From assembly GCA_040768745.1 (NCBI GenBank), contig JAXGMI010000002.1, positions 160,001 through 224,000 of the forward strand: 64,000 bases of DNA, in the 5' to 3' direction. The translations under genes and the position numbers were made by a program. This DNA comes from Desulfomicrobium sp. (GTDB lineage: Bacteria > Desulfobacterota > Desulfovibrionia > Desulfovibrionales > Desulfomicrobiaceae). Shown piece after piece: positions 48,888 to 59,545 of this stretch. The first letter of the stretch is position 1. Every line of letters starts with the position of its first letter. The notes under the pieces are model-generated. The model saw only the letters and a program-made list of their open reading frames with translations, was not told where the DNA came from and did not search any database.

Positions 48888-50051
48888 CTAGCCTTCCGTT
48901 GCGTGGATGAACCGCGTGATCTCGTCAATATCGTCGAGACGTTCCGATCTGAAAATATACCCCACATCCCCCAGGGCGCTGCTGAACACTCCAGGAACGC
49001 TGGCCACCTGAACCATGAATGCTCCATAGCGGGCCAGAATGTCCTCGTGCGCGTGCACGTACCGCCGGTTGTTTTTGCGGCTGGCGTAGCAGCAGTGATA
49101 CCTGCGCTGGAAATCCAGATTCGCGCGCCCATCCACCAGCAGGTTGGCCCACACCCGGTAGATGTCCATATCGCAGGCGTAGTTGAACATGTCGGTGGTG
49201 AACCCGCCCGGCGGGCGCATGTTCACCTCCAGGGCCGTGTAGGCGCCAGGAGCGGTCTGGAAAAATTCGATGTGGAAAAAACGCTCCTGCACCGCAAAGG
49301 CCGCGACGCAACGCCTTCCGATCTCCTCCAGGGCGGGGGGGATATCCCGCAAGGAGTAGTACGAAATATGCCGGGCCTCGTTCACCGTCTCCATGATTCC
49401 CTGACTGAAGAAGTGGGAGGTGAAGAACACCAGGTTGCCGTCGCGGTCGGCCAGCCCGTCGAAGGAATAGATGTCCCCGGCGACGAACTCTTCCATGATG
49501 TAGTCCACTTGAGGTTTGCGGGCAAAGAACTGGATCAGGTCATGGTCGTTCTCCAACCTGTAGGTGTCCATCGCTCCAACCCCAGCATCGGGCTTGGCCA
49601 CCACCGGATAGCCCGTGTCCCGGATCAGGGCGCGGGCATCCCCGATGTCGCGGACCACCCTGCCTCGCGCCACCGTAACTCCGGCCTCCCGAAACGTGTC
49701 CTTCATCCTGGATTTGCGGCGGATCGTATCGATCTGGCTGACACGCACCCCGAAAATGTTGAAGTCGTCCCGGATCCTGGCTTCGGTCGCCAGCCAGTAC
49801 TCGTTCAGCGACTCGAATCTGTCGATCTTGCCGTATTTATGGGTGAAATACCCGCAAGCCCGGAGCAGTGCGTCGTAGTCGTGCATGTCGTTGACGCGGA
49901 AGTATTCGGTCAGTCCGTCGCGCACCTCGGAGGACAGATGGTCGTACTGCGGATCGCCAACGCCAAGGACGTTGGCTCCGGCCTGTTTGAGTTGGCTGCA
50001 GAAGTGGGCGTAGTGGGGCGGGAAGTGGGGAGAGAGGAAGACGACGTTCAT
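48888..50051 (-). CDS. ATP-grasp carboxylate-amine ligase
   Basis: MNVVFLSPHFP, ESLNEYWL, KPDAGVGA, MEEF..G, FHIEFF, LEVNMRPPG. Confidence 0.88.
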   Translation of the reverse strand: MNVVFLSPHFPPHYAHFCSQLKQAGANVLGVGDPQYDHLSSEVRDGLTEYFRVNDMHDYDALLRACGYFTHKYGKIDRFESLNEYWLATEARIRDDFNIFGVRVSQIDTIRRKSRMKDTFREAGVTVARGRVVRDIGDARALIRDTGYPVVAKPDAGVGAMDTYRLENDHDLIQFFARKPQVDYIMEEFVAGDIYSFDGLADRDGNLVFFTSHFFSQGIMETVNEARHISYYSLRDIPPALEEIGRRCVAAFAVQERFFHIEFFQTAPGAYTALEVNMRPPGGFTTDMFNYACDMDIYRVWANLLVDGRANLDFQRRYHCCYASRKNNRRYVHAHEDILARYGAFMVQVASVPGVFSSALGDVGYIFRSERLDDIDEITRFIHATEG

Positions 50052-50212
50052 GGTGATCACCTTTGGAGAACAATTGTGTTTGGGCCACGATGGGCCGGGA
50101 GATTACCCTTCCGGCATCTGGATCATGAGCATGCATGGGTTGTCAACGCAACCGAAACCGGAAATGGCGTCGTGGTCTGAGTAGGTCCGCGGGTCTGACG
50201 AGGACAGAATGT

Positions 50213-50241
50213 AAAAAGGCCGGGAAGTTACCTTCCCGGCC
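50213..50241 (-). terminator. Intrinsic terminator of the fdhAB operon
   Basis: GGCCGGGAAG-TTAC-CTTCCCGGCC stem with a U tract on the minus strand. Confidence 0.85.
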
Positions 50242-50267
50242 GGCTAATGGAGGAGGTTGTTTACGAT

Positions 50268-51002
50268 CTAAGCCTTGTTTCTGGATGCAGGGCCGAAGAG
50301 CTTGGCGAACATGGCCTTGCGGTTCATGAGGCCAGGCAGTGTGGCTGAGGCCACGGCGAAGTCGTGATAGGATTTGGGCGGCATCTGGTACAGGTAGATG
50401 ACCCGGACCATGTCGGCATCGCCCAAGGTGGCTTCCGGATACTTCTTCTGGACTTCGGCCAGCCTCTTTTCGGCCAGGGCCAGCATCTCTTCCCGATCAC
50501 CGAAGTTCATGGCCCCGGTGGGACACGACTGCACGCAGGCCGGTTTGAGGCCGTTCTGCACGCGATCCAGGCACATGGTGCACTTGGTCATGACCTTGGT
50601 GGCCGCGTCCTGACGCGGAATGTTGTACGGGCAGGCCTCGCGGATTTCGTCGAACTCCGGCAAATCCTTGGTTTTTTCCGTGAAGATGACGGCACCGGTG
50701 GCCTCGTCATGGATGATGGCCTTGTCGTCATAGGCGTCGGCGGTCATCTTGCAGGGAGGTTCGGTGCAGTGCCGGCACTGCTCGGGGAAGAACAGCCACG
50801 CGGCCATGAAGCCCTTGTCGTCGGCCACTTCCTTCATGTGCACGGTTTTGTAGGTAATGGCCGAGACGTCCATGGGATTCTGGTGGGAACCATGGTTTCT
50901 GGTCTCTTCGGCCGGGAGTTTGTTCCACTGTTTGCAGGCCACCTGGCAGCCGCGGCAGGCCGTGCATTTGGTCAGATCGACGAAGAATGATTTTCCTGAC
51001 AT
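50268..51002 (-). CDS. fdhB: Formate dehydrogenase beta (Fe-S) subunit
   Basis: CTACRGCQVACKQW, CRHC..PPC, CPY.IP, KCTMC.DR....PACVQSCP. Confidence 0.95.
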   Translation of the reverse strand: MSGKSFFVDLTKCTACRGCQVACKQWNKLPAEETRNHGSHQNPMDVSAITYKTVHMKEVADDKGFMAAWLFFPEQCRHCTEPPCKMTADAYDDKAIIHDEATGAVIFTEKTKDLPEFDEIREACPYNIPRQDAATKVMTKCTMCLDRVQNGLKPACVQSCPTGAMNFGDREEMLALAEKRLAEVQKKYPEATLGDADMVRVIYLYQMPPKSYHDFAVASATLPGLMNRKAMFAKLFGPASRNKA

Positions 51003-51013
51003 GTCGGCTCTCC

Positions 51014-54000
51014 TTACGCTTTCTTCACGTTGACCATGAAGGCCTTGGTTTCCGGGATACCCGTGTTAGGATCACCGACAGCTGGGGTCAGCAGGTTGGC
51101 CGCATCGCCGCCATCCTTGGGCCAGACCCAGCCGAAGTGCCATGGAATGCCCACGACATGGACCGGGTTCCCCATTACTTCGAAGGGCTTGAAACGTTTG
51201 GTGACAATGGCGATGGCCCAGAGTTTGCCGCGCAGGTTCTCCAGAATGACCTTGTCGCCGTTCTTGATGCCCTTGAGCTCGGCCAATTCCTCGCTCATTT
51301 CGCAGAACATCTGGGGCTGGGCTTCCGTCAGCCAGGGCAGCCAGCGGGTCAAAACACCCGTCTGCCAGTGCTCCGTGACCCGGTAGGTGGTGCAGACAAA
51401 GGGGAAGCGGGGGTCGCAGACCGTGCGCTTGTAGGCTTCGTCGGCAAACTGCAGAGCCGTGGGGTTGTTCAGCTGCTTGGAGAAGGGATGCTCGGTGACC
51501 GGGCATTCCAACGGCTCGTAGTATTCCGGGAACGGGCCGTCGTTGAGGCCGGGCCCGTAGAGTGCGCCCAAGCCATGCTGCTGCATGATGAATGGGTAGA
51601 TCGTGCCGGCATCGCCGCCGCCGTCAACGATGTCGATGAGCCATTTCTTGTTGGCTGCATCCCAGGCCAGCACAGGCTTGTTCGGCGCCCAGGGCTTGCC
51701 GTTCATGTCCACTGCGGCCCGGTTGTAGATGATGCGGCGGTTGACCGGCCAGGACCAGGTCCAGTTGGGGAACAGGCCAATCTTTTCCTGTTCCGGGGTC
51801 TGGGTCTTGTCACGGCGGGCGGCCATGTTGCCTTTGGCCGTGTAGGACCCGCTGTAGATCCAGTTGCCGGAGCAGGTGGAGCCGTCGTCCTTCAGGAACA
51901 CAAAGCTGGCGAGCTGGGTGCCGGCCTTCATGGTCGTTTCCGTTCCGTCAGCAGCCTTCACCACCGTGTCTTTCAGGTAGTAGCCGTTGATCAACTTGGC
52001 CACCTTGTGCGGGTCGAAGACATGTCCGTCACCCCAGTCGCCGACGTTGAGGCCGAGAACGGGTTCAGGGAAGGCGCCCTTTTCCTTTTCGTACAGTTCG
52101 CGGATCTTCAATGCCAGCTCGTAGATGATGTCGCCGTCAGGTTTGCTCTCACCCATGGGGGCGGGGCCTGGGTAGCGCCACTGCATCCAGCGGCCGGAGT
52201 TGGAGATGGATCCTTCCTTTTCCACGGACACGGCGCAGGGCAGGAAGAAGACTTCTGTCTTGATCTGCTTGGGGTCCATGCCCGGTCCCTTCCAGAAAGA
52301 GCCGGTCTCGTTTTCGAAGATGTTGACGTTGACCATCCAGTCCAGGTTGGCCAGGGCCTGACGGGTCTTGTTGGAGTCGGCGCCGCTGGCGGCCGGATTC
52401 ATGCCCCAGGCAAAGAAGCCCTTGAACTGGCCTTTGTGCATCTTGTCGAAGAGCACGAGCCAGGAGGCGTTCTGGCCGTCGTCGAGTTTCGGCATCCATT
52501 CGTAGGCCTTGGCGGGCTCGATGTCCTTGTACAGGGACTTGCACAGGCTGGCCATGTATTTGGGCTGATTTTTCTTCCAGTTCAGGCTCTTGGGATCCTT
52601 GCTGACCGGCGAGATGGACTTGATGTAGTCCTCGTAGGTGGCCAAACTTGCTCTGGGCGTGGGCAGATAGCCCGGGATGATGTGGAAGAGCAGGGCCTGG
52701 TCCGTGGAGCCCTGGACGTTGGATTCGCCGCGCAGGGCGTTGACGCCGCCGCCGGCCACGCCCATGTTGCCCAGGAGCAGCTGGATGATGCTCATGGCCC
52801 GGATGTTCTGCACGCCGACAGTGTGCTGGGTCCAGCCCATGGCGTACAGGATGGTACCGGCCTTGTCGGGCTTGCCCGTGGCGCTGTATGCTTTGTAGAA
52901 TGCCAACAGCTTATCTTCCGGTGAACCGGAAATGGCAGACACCTTCTTGATGTCGTAACGGTCGTAGTGCTTCTTCAGGAGCTGGTACACGCAGCGAGGA
53001 TCCTGCAGGGTCATGTCCCGCTTGGGCACCCCGTTCTCATCCATCTCGAAGGCCCAGGATTTCTTGTCGTACTTGCGGGCTGCCTGGTCAAAACCCGAGA
53101 ACAGGCCGTCCTTGAAGTCGAAATCCTTGGAAACAAGGAACGATGCATTGGTGTAGCTGAGAACGTACTCTTTCTGGATCAGGTCATTGTCCAGAATGTA
53201 CTTGATCATGCCGCCCAGGACGCCGATGTCGGAGCCTGAACGCAGGGGAACGTAGAGATCGGATTTGGAGGAGGTGCGGGTGTAGCGCGGGTCCACATGA
53301 ATGACCATGCCGCCCTTTTCCTGCGCCCTGGTGACCCATTTCCAGCAGATGGGATGGTTTTCGGCAGCGTTGCTGCCCATTACGAGAATACAGTCACTGT
53401 TCTTGAAATCGATCCAGTGATTGGTCATTGCGCCGCGTCCGAACGACTCTGCCAGAGCCGCAACAGTCGCGCTGTGTCAAATACGGGCCTGATGCTCTAT
53501 GTAGGTTAACCCCAGACTGCGGAGAAATGCCTGGTAGATCCAGCATTCCTCGTTGTCCATGGCGGCCGAGCCACACGAGGCGATGGCTTCGGTGCGGTTG
53601 ACAACCTGTCCTTTGGCATTGCTGCCGGTGAAGGACGCGTCACGGACACTCTTCACGCGTTTGGCGATTTCTTCCAATGCCCATTCCCAGCTCTTCTCTT
53701 CCCATTTGTCGCTGTTGGGGGCGCGGTACTGGACTTTGGTGACGCGTTTGGGATTCTCGGCCAGCTGAAAAGTGGCCGCGCCTTTGGCGCAAAGAGCGCC
53801 TTCGTTGATGGGATGGTCCGGGTCGCCTTCGATGTTGATGGCGCGTTTGGTGGCTTCGTCCGTGGTGACGATGAGTCCGCAGCCCACGGAACAGTAGCAG
53901 CAGACCGATGTGGTTTCTTTGCCTTTGCGCAGACTCATGAGCTGCGCGTGGGCCTTGGTCGGGGCCAGGTCAAACCCAAGGCCTCCGAAGGCCGTGACCG

Positions 54001-54049
54001 CGGTAGCCGCAGCCGTGAGTTTGACGAATTCTCTTCTTCCCAGTTTCAT
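51014..54049 (-). CDS. fdhA: Periplasmic Mo/W formate dehydrogenase alpha subunit, selenocysteine at codon 191
   Basis: Tat signal RREFVK; CCYCSVGC; in-frame TGA at 53477-53479 in EHQARI-U-HSATV; the frame continues to 51014 (1011 aa). Confidence 0.96.
53428..53470 (-). promoter_or_regulatory. Bacterial SECIS element
   Basis: Hairpin GCGGCTCT-GGC-AGAGTCGT shortly 3' of the UGA. Confidence 0.8.
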
Positions 54050-54362
54050 GCCGTTCCTCCTGACAATGGTTCTGGTTTTACCTGCCACGGATTTCCCGGC
54101 CCAGGCGGATGCAAAACCGCCTGCCAACCGGGAGGGGGATTTCTGAGGCGGGTCGCCACAGATACTGATTGACGTTCATCAGCGTAGGGCGCCTGCGGAA
54201 AACCCGCCCAAGATCAAAGCCGAGTCCGGAAAAGGGGAACATGCATTCCGGCGAAAGGGTTTCGCCCTGGCTTGCCGAAGGAAGTTGATTCTTCAGTACC
54301 TTATCCGAACATCGCATGCTGCGGTGTATGAATCAAAAAAAAGGAAATGCGCAAGGAGAAGG

Positions 54363-55223
54363 TTAATCCTCAAAGTCCGGCACCAGATCACAAAGATATT
54401 TGGCCAGGATAGGAAAGATGTCTTGCGTTCTGTGGTTATATCTGAACTCCAGCTCCTTGATGTAGAGTGGAAAATTGCGGGGCGAGATGCCCTTCAGCCT
54501 CCGGAACCATTCCTTGGAGTAGGACCAGAACCCCTTGGATGAGTCGATGAAAAGCCCTTTGTCCGCATGCTTGATGTTGTACGTGGCAGAGAGGCGGCTC
54601 CCGCCGACAAGGAGGGCTGAATACTGTTTAAATTGATCAGTATAAATGATTTTGCCGAGGCTTGCAGTCTTCAGATGAAAGTTCATTTTGAAGTGCACGA
54701 TGTTGTCTTCGTCCAGTTCGGGGATGAGGTCGGCAAACACATGCGGACCGCGTTCGACAATGCCGAAGACAGGCATGCGTCCTCCGACCTTGGAGCTGAC
54801 ATCGAGGTGGAATTTTCCGGACTTGCCGAAGCCCAGACCTTCAATGGAGCGGATAATGAGGGAGGCGTCCAGGGAGTGTGCCAGGATGGCCATGCGCAAG
54901 GTGGTTACTGATTTGTAGGCGGTGTTGTAGGATACGGACAACTGTTCGGCCATGCGGCCGGTGGGCACCTCAAGTTCAAAGAGTTTGATGAGTCGCAGCC
55001 ATTGCTGGCAGGTGATGTTTCCGTTGTTGATGAAACGCTGGCTGAAGTCGTGAAACGTATAGGCGCAACGCCCACAACGCCGCCGCCCACCCTGCAGGGT
55101 GTAGATTCTGCGGGACCGGCATTTAGGGCAAAATCTTTGATGGTTTTTCCAGCAAAAATGCAACAAAAATTTTTTTGCTGTATTTTCATTTTTAACAATT
55201 TTTTCAAAAGATTGTAGATCCAT
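54363..55223 (-). CDS. IS1595-transposase-derived protein with degenerate catalytic residues
   Basis: Zn ribbon CPKC..CGRC, HTH, PVFGI, IYTD, FWSYSK and YIKELEFRYNHR retained; EVDE motif absent; NGIE replaced by DSSK; no IRs seen. Confidence 0.85.
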   Translation of the reverse strand: MDLQSFEKIVKNENTAKKFLLHFCWKNHQRFCPKCRSRRIYTLQGGRRRCGRCAYTFHDFSQRFINNGNITCQQWLRLIKLFELEVPTGRMAEQLSVSYNTAYKSVTTLRMAILAHSLDASLIIRSIEGLGFGKSGKFHLDVSSKVGGRMPVFGIVERGPHVFADLIPELDEDNIVHFKMNFHLKTASLGKIIYTDQFKQYSALLVGGSRLSATYNIKHADKGLFIDSSKGFWSYSKEWFRRLKGISPRNFPLYIKELEFRYNHRTQDIFPILAKYLCDLVPDFED

Positions 55224-55455
55224 TTGTGCTATTATTCAGTGTAAAAATTTGAGTATTAATCTAAAAATTCTGAAATGTGTTTTTTTCGATTAGCCACAAA
55301 CCATCAGGGTTTTATTATGTCAGAATTGATATAATCATCGTGTGCTCAAATATTCCAATTCATGGTTTGACACAAAATAGTCTGTTTGCAGCCTGTAATC
55401 AACTCCCGAAGTGCATCCGCAGCGGAATGCTATCCCGTGCACAAGGAGCAAAAGG

Positions 55456-56703
55456 ATGCACGTCTTCCAAGGAGCCCGGTCGGTGCAATTATACGATTAC
55501 CTTTTTTTGCTCTTCAGCCTTGTGTTCCTCAGTTCGTGCAGAGATGCGGACGTGCAGATCCCCATGTCTCAACTAGGGATCGGGGTGAACAGCTCCGAGG
55601 TCGTTTTTGGATCGTCCCTGGCCCTGCAGGGACATGCCGGGTATCTCGGCCAGGAGACATTGCGCGGAGCCATGAGTTACCTCCAGCACGTCAATGATCG
55701 CGGCGGAGTGCATGGTCGGACCGTCCGGCTGATCGCCCGGGATGATTCCTACGACCCTCCAAAATGCCTGCAAAATACCCAGAAATTTTTAATCGAAGAC
55801 CAGGTGTTTGGGCTGTTCAGCTTCGTAGGCACCCCGACAGCGGTCAAAATTCTGCCCCTGGTGGAGGAGGCCGAGGTGCCTCTTTTAGGCATGTTCACAG
55901 GTGCCAATGCCTTGCGCGAGCCCTTCACGTCCAATCTCATCAATGTGCGCGCTTCCTATTACCAGGAAACAGATGCCGCGGTGCAGCACATGGTCAGGGA
56001 TCTGCATCTGACCCGCATCGCCGTTTTCTACCAATACGACGCTTACGGATTCGACGGCTTGATCGGCACAGAGCTAGCCCTGAAACGTTTCGGCTTGGAG
56101 CCCGTGGCCCGTGGAAGTTACGTGCGCGGCACCCAGGACATCGGAGAGGGCTTTGATCGCATCCGGGAGGCTGGAGCAGAGGCAGTGTTCATGATTGGTA
56201 CCTCCGATCCCTGCGCAAATTTCATTCGCAAATCCATGGAGTCGGGCTATGATCCCATTTTCTATATGGTGTCCTTTGTCGGCGCCAAGGAATTGGCCCG
56301 CAACCTCTTTGGAACGGGTACCAGCAACGCCAATGTGCTGATGTCCCAGGTCGTTCCGCCGCCGATCATGCCGGACGGGAAGGTTACGGAAAGCGCCGAG
56401 GAGTTTGTCCGCCTGCTGGGAAAGTACTTTCCCGGGGAGGAGCCCAATTTTGTGGGCTTCGAGGGCTACATCAACGCCAAGGTTCTGGTCGAAGCGTTGC
56501 ACAGGGCGGGTCGCGATCTGACCAGACAATCCTTCCTGGGCGCCATCAGCTCCATGACCGATTTTTCCCTGGGCAAAGATGTAAGCCTGTCGTTTGGACC
56601 TGCGGACAATCAGGGCATGGACAAGGTGTACTTCACCCGTCTGCATGACGGGAGGTTCGTCCTCGTCGAAGACTGGAAGCGACTGCCCCAGGGGCGGCAA
56701 TGA
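55456..56703 (+). CDS. Periplasmic ligand-binding lipoprotein (LivK-like), probable sensor partner
   Basis: Lipobox LSSC; GGVHGR, DDSYDP, VGTPT, NVRASY..E; coupled to the kinase gene with no permease nearby. Start uncertain. Confidence 0.85.
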   Translation: MHVFQGARSVQLYDYLFLLFSLVFLSSCRDADVQIPMSQLGIGVNSSEVVFGSSLALQGHAGYLGQETLRGAMSYLQHVNDRGGVHGRTVRLIARDDSYDPPKCLQNTQKFLIEDQVFGLFSFVGTPTAVKILPLVEEAEVPLLGMFTGANALREPFTSNLINVRASYYQETDAAVQHMVRDLHLTRIAVFYQYDAYGFDGLIGTELALKRFGLEPVARGSYVRGTQDIGEGFDRIREAGAEAVFMIGTSDPCANFIRKSMESGYDPIFYMVSFVGAKELARNLFGTGTSNANVLMSQVVPPPIMPDGKVTESAEEFVRLLGKYFPGEEPNFVGFEGYINAKVLVEALHRAGRDLTRQSFLGAISSMTDFSLGKDVSLSFGPADNQGMDKVYFTRLHDGRFVLVEDWKRLPQGRQ

Positions 56704-58694
56704 AACCGTATGCCCGCATTTCCCTCAAGAACAAGATCTTTGTCTCCATTCTTGCGGTCATTTTGGTCATCAGTATAACCATCGCGCTTTTGGCGCGCTG
56801 GATCCTCATTTCAGGTCTGAACAAGGAACTGGAGCTGCGTGGTGTGGCCGTGGCTTCCTCCATCGCCGAGCGTGGAACCGGGTTTGTCCTGGATAAGAAC
56901 TCTCCTGAACTGCTGAGCCTGATTTTTGACGAGGCCCGATTGAGGGAGCGCCAGCATCTGATCAACTATATTTTCGTGCTGGATCGCAACGACCAGGTGC
57001 TGTCCCATACCTTCAGCGTGCCCTTTCCGGCGGCCCTGGCCCTGGCCAACCCCATCCCGGAAGGGAAGGAGCAAAGCGTCTACCTTGTGGAGCATGGGCA
57101 TCATACCTCTTACGATATCGCGGTGCCCATGAACGAAGGCCTGTACCGCATCGGGAGCGTGCATGTCGGTTTGAGCAAGGAACACATCGACATGCTGGTG
57201 GCCAAGTTGCGATTCATGTTCCTGGGCTTTATCTCAGCGGTCGTCATCATCATTTTCTATGTCAGCCTTCGTATTTCCCGCTATATCACCAGCCCTATCG
57301 CGCGACTGACCGCCATCTCGGATGAACTGAGTCGTGGAAATTTCGACGTGAACATGGGCATGGGCAGAGGCCTGGACTGGGCCGTGATCAACTGCCCTGC
57401 CTACAAGGATACGAACATGCCCTGTTGGCATTTCGACGAACAAGCCAGAGTGAACCGCGATGCCGAGAGAAATACCGGCCAGGTCTGCTCTACATGTCTG
57501 TTCTACCGGAAGCGGGAGGGGGACGAGGTCATCCAGTTGGCCGATTCATTCATGAACATGGTCTGGTCTATCAGACTCTATCGCAAGCGCTTGCAAGAAT
57601 CGGAAATGAAGTACCGGTCCCTGTTCGATTCCGGACCGGATCCGATCTTTGTTGTCGATTGCGCAACAGGCACGGTGCTGGATGCAAATCCCCGGGCAGA
57701 GGAAACCTATGGGTATGCCAGAAGCGAACTGGTTGGGTTGCCATTTTCGAGACTCGCCCAGGACAATGTGCGGGAGAGCCTGGCCTCCCTGGATGAGGCA
57801 TCCACGCCGACGGGTTGTGTGTACTACCCGAAGGTTCTGCACTACAAAAAGGGGGATCAGCCGTTCTATGTGAATATGCATGCCTGTCCCATCAGTTACG
57901 GCAAGACTCTCTCAGTCATCGTGGCCGTGACCGATATCACCGAAATGATGGAAAAGGATGCCCAATTGATACAGGCCGCAAAGATGAAGACCCTGGGAGA
58001 AATGAGCGCGGGCATCGCACATGAGATCAATCAGCCCCTGAACGCCATCAAAATGGGCAGTGAATTCCTGAACCTGCTGATCGAGCAGAATCGTGAACTG
58101 ACCGAAACCCAGGTCCGGGATATGGTCAATGTGATCAGTCAGCAGGTGGACAGGGCCTCGGACATCATCAACAACCTGCGGGCCTTTGGAAAAAAATCAG
58201 GAATTGTCCTGGAGCGGGTGCACATGAACGATCCCATCCGCGGGGTGCTGTCCATCATTGGCCGTCAGTTTTCTCTCCAGCGCATCACAATCCGTCTTGA
58301 ACTTGCCGAAGCGTTGCCGACCGTCTTCGGGCATAACAACCGTCTGCAGCAAGTCTTCTTCAACCTGCTCAACAACGCCCGTGACGCAATCCAGGAGAAA
58401 ATGGAAAGTGAGCCCGCCCTGAGGGGGGATATCCTGATCAAAACGTATGCCGAAGCAGGTCGGGTTTTCGTCTCCTTTGCCGACAATGGGGCTGGAATTC
58501 CCGAAAACGTCCGCAACAAGATATTCGAGCCGTTTTTCACCACCAAGCAGACGGGAAAAGGCATGGGACTGGGGCTGGCCATCACCTATGGCATTGTCCG
58601 GGATTATGGTGGGACCATCACGATTGACAGCTGTCCAGGCCAGGGCACCACCTTTGTGTTGAGCTTCCCGGGTGTTGACGAGACAGACGGATAA
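56700..58694 (+). CDS. Membrane sensor histidine kinase (HAMP with Cys-rich insert, PAS, HisKA, HATPase)
   Basis: Two TM helices; [35 protein letters not shown]. Confidence 0.95.
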   Translation: MKPYARISLKNKIFVSILAVILVISITIALLARWILISGLNKELELRGVAVASSIAERGTGFVLDKNSPELLSLIFDEARLRERQHLINYIFVLDRNDQVLSHTFSVPFPAALALANPIPEGKEQSVYLVEHGHHTSYDIAVPMNEGLYRIGSVHVGLSKEHIDMLVAKLRFMFLGFISAVVIIIFYVSLRISRYITSPIARLTAISDELSRGNFDVNMGMGRGLDWAVINCPAYKDTNMPCWHFDEQARVNRDAERNTGQVCSTCLFYRKREGDEVIQLADSFMNMVWSIRLYRKRLQESEMKYRSLFDSGPDPIFVVDCATGTVLDANPRAEETYGYARSELVGLPFSRLAQDNVRESLASLDEASTPTGCVYYPKVLHYKKGDQPFYVNMHACPISYGKTLSVIVAVTDITEMMEKDAQLIQAAKMKTLGEMSAGIAHEINQPLNAIKMGSEFLNLLIEQNRELTETQVRDMVNVISQQVDRASDIINNLRAFGKKSGIVLERVHMNDPIRGVLSIIGRQFSLQRITIRLELAEALPTVFGHNNRLQQVFFNLLNNARDAIQEKMESEPALRGDILIKTYAEAGRVFVSFADNGAGIPENVRNKIFEPFFTTKQTGKGMGLGLAITYGIVRDYGGTITIDSCPGQGTTFVLSFPGVDETDG

Positions 58695-58740
58695 TGGCTG
58701 TAATTGCCTGCGTTCACCTCAATCCGCTGGGATGTCCGGA

Positions 58741-59457
58741 ATGACACACGAAAAAATACTGGTCATTGATGATGAAAAGCCAACCCTCAAGATGTTCAGG
58801 CTTTTCCTGGAGGTGTATGGCTTTGAGATCATGACGGCCGAGTCAGGAGAAGAGGGGTTGAAGGTTTTCGAGCGGGAGAGACCGGATATTGTGCTGACCG
58901 ATATCAGGATGCCCGGGATGGGCGGCATTGAGGTGCTGCAGGAAATCAAACGACGTTCACCCGCAACTGAGGTCATTGTCATCACAGGGCATGGGGACAT
59001 GGACCTCGCCATCCAGGCCCTCAACCTCGATGCGGCGGATTTCATCAACAAGCCAATCCAGCGTCAGAATCTGGAGGAAGGTTTGATCCGGGCCAGGGTG
59101 CGGCTGCAATTGGCCCGCAGCCGGCAAAAAGAAGTCAGCCTCAGAAAGGTCGGCGGTGCCTTGGTCATCGATATTCATGGCCGTTTCGGTTCACACAGCG
59201 AACCGTACCTGCGCGAAGTGTACTCCAAGGCTGTGGACTCCCGCACACGACGTATCATTCTCAATTTTGACCCCAATACATCCATCAATGGGGCTGGGAT
59301 TGCCATTTTGACGCAGCTGTTCATGGACAGTGAAAGGGCTGGCATGGAAATGGTCATGGCTGGGCTGTCAGACAATTTCCGCATGGTATTCGGCATGGTG
59401 GGATTGAGTCAACTGGCTGAGATGCATGACACTTTGGAGCAAGCACTGAATCCTTGA
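58741..59457 (+). CDS. Response regulator, REC + STAS (anti-anti-sigma-like) domain
   Basis: LVIDDE, TDIRMPGM, ITGHG, FINKP; C-terminal IILNF....SINGAGIAIL STAS pattern. Confidence 0.9.
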   Translation: MTHEKILVIDDEKPTLKMFRLFLEVYGFEIMTAESGEEGLKVFERERPDIVLTDIRMPGMGGIEVLQEIKRRSPATEVIVITGHGDMDLAIQALNLDAADFINKPIQRQNLEEGLIRARVRLQLARSRQKEVSLRKVGGALVIDIHGRFGSHSEPYLREVYSKAVDSRTRRIILNFDPNTSINGAGIAILTQLFMDSERAGMEMVMAGLSDNFRMVFGMVGLSQLAEMHDTLEQALNP

Positions 59458-59545
59458 TCTTCAAAATGTACACCGCCACGGAGAGGGTGAGCGGAAGGAG
59501 ACTGTTTATTCCGGCATGGTCGTCCGAGGTGACGCCCGCGCACGG

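Noticed and set aside
51014..54127. fdhA as a split gene or pseudogene
   Set aside because: The single TGA falls at the selenocysteine position, stays in frame and is followed by a SECIS-like hairpin.
54110..54127. Sigma-54 promoter upstream of fdhA (TGGCAGGCGGTTTTGC)
   Set aside because: GG-to-GC spacing is 11 rather than the required 10, and the sequence is part of a hairpin.
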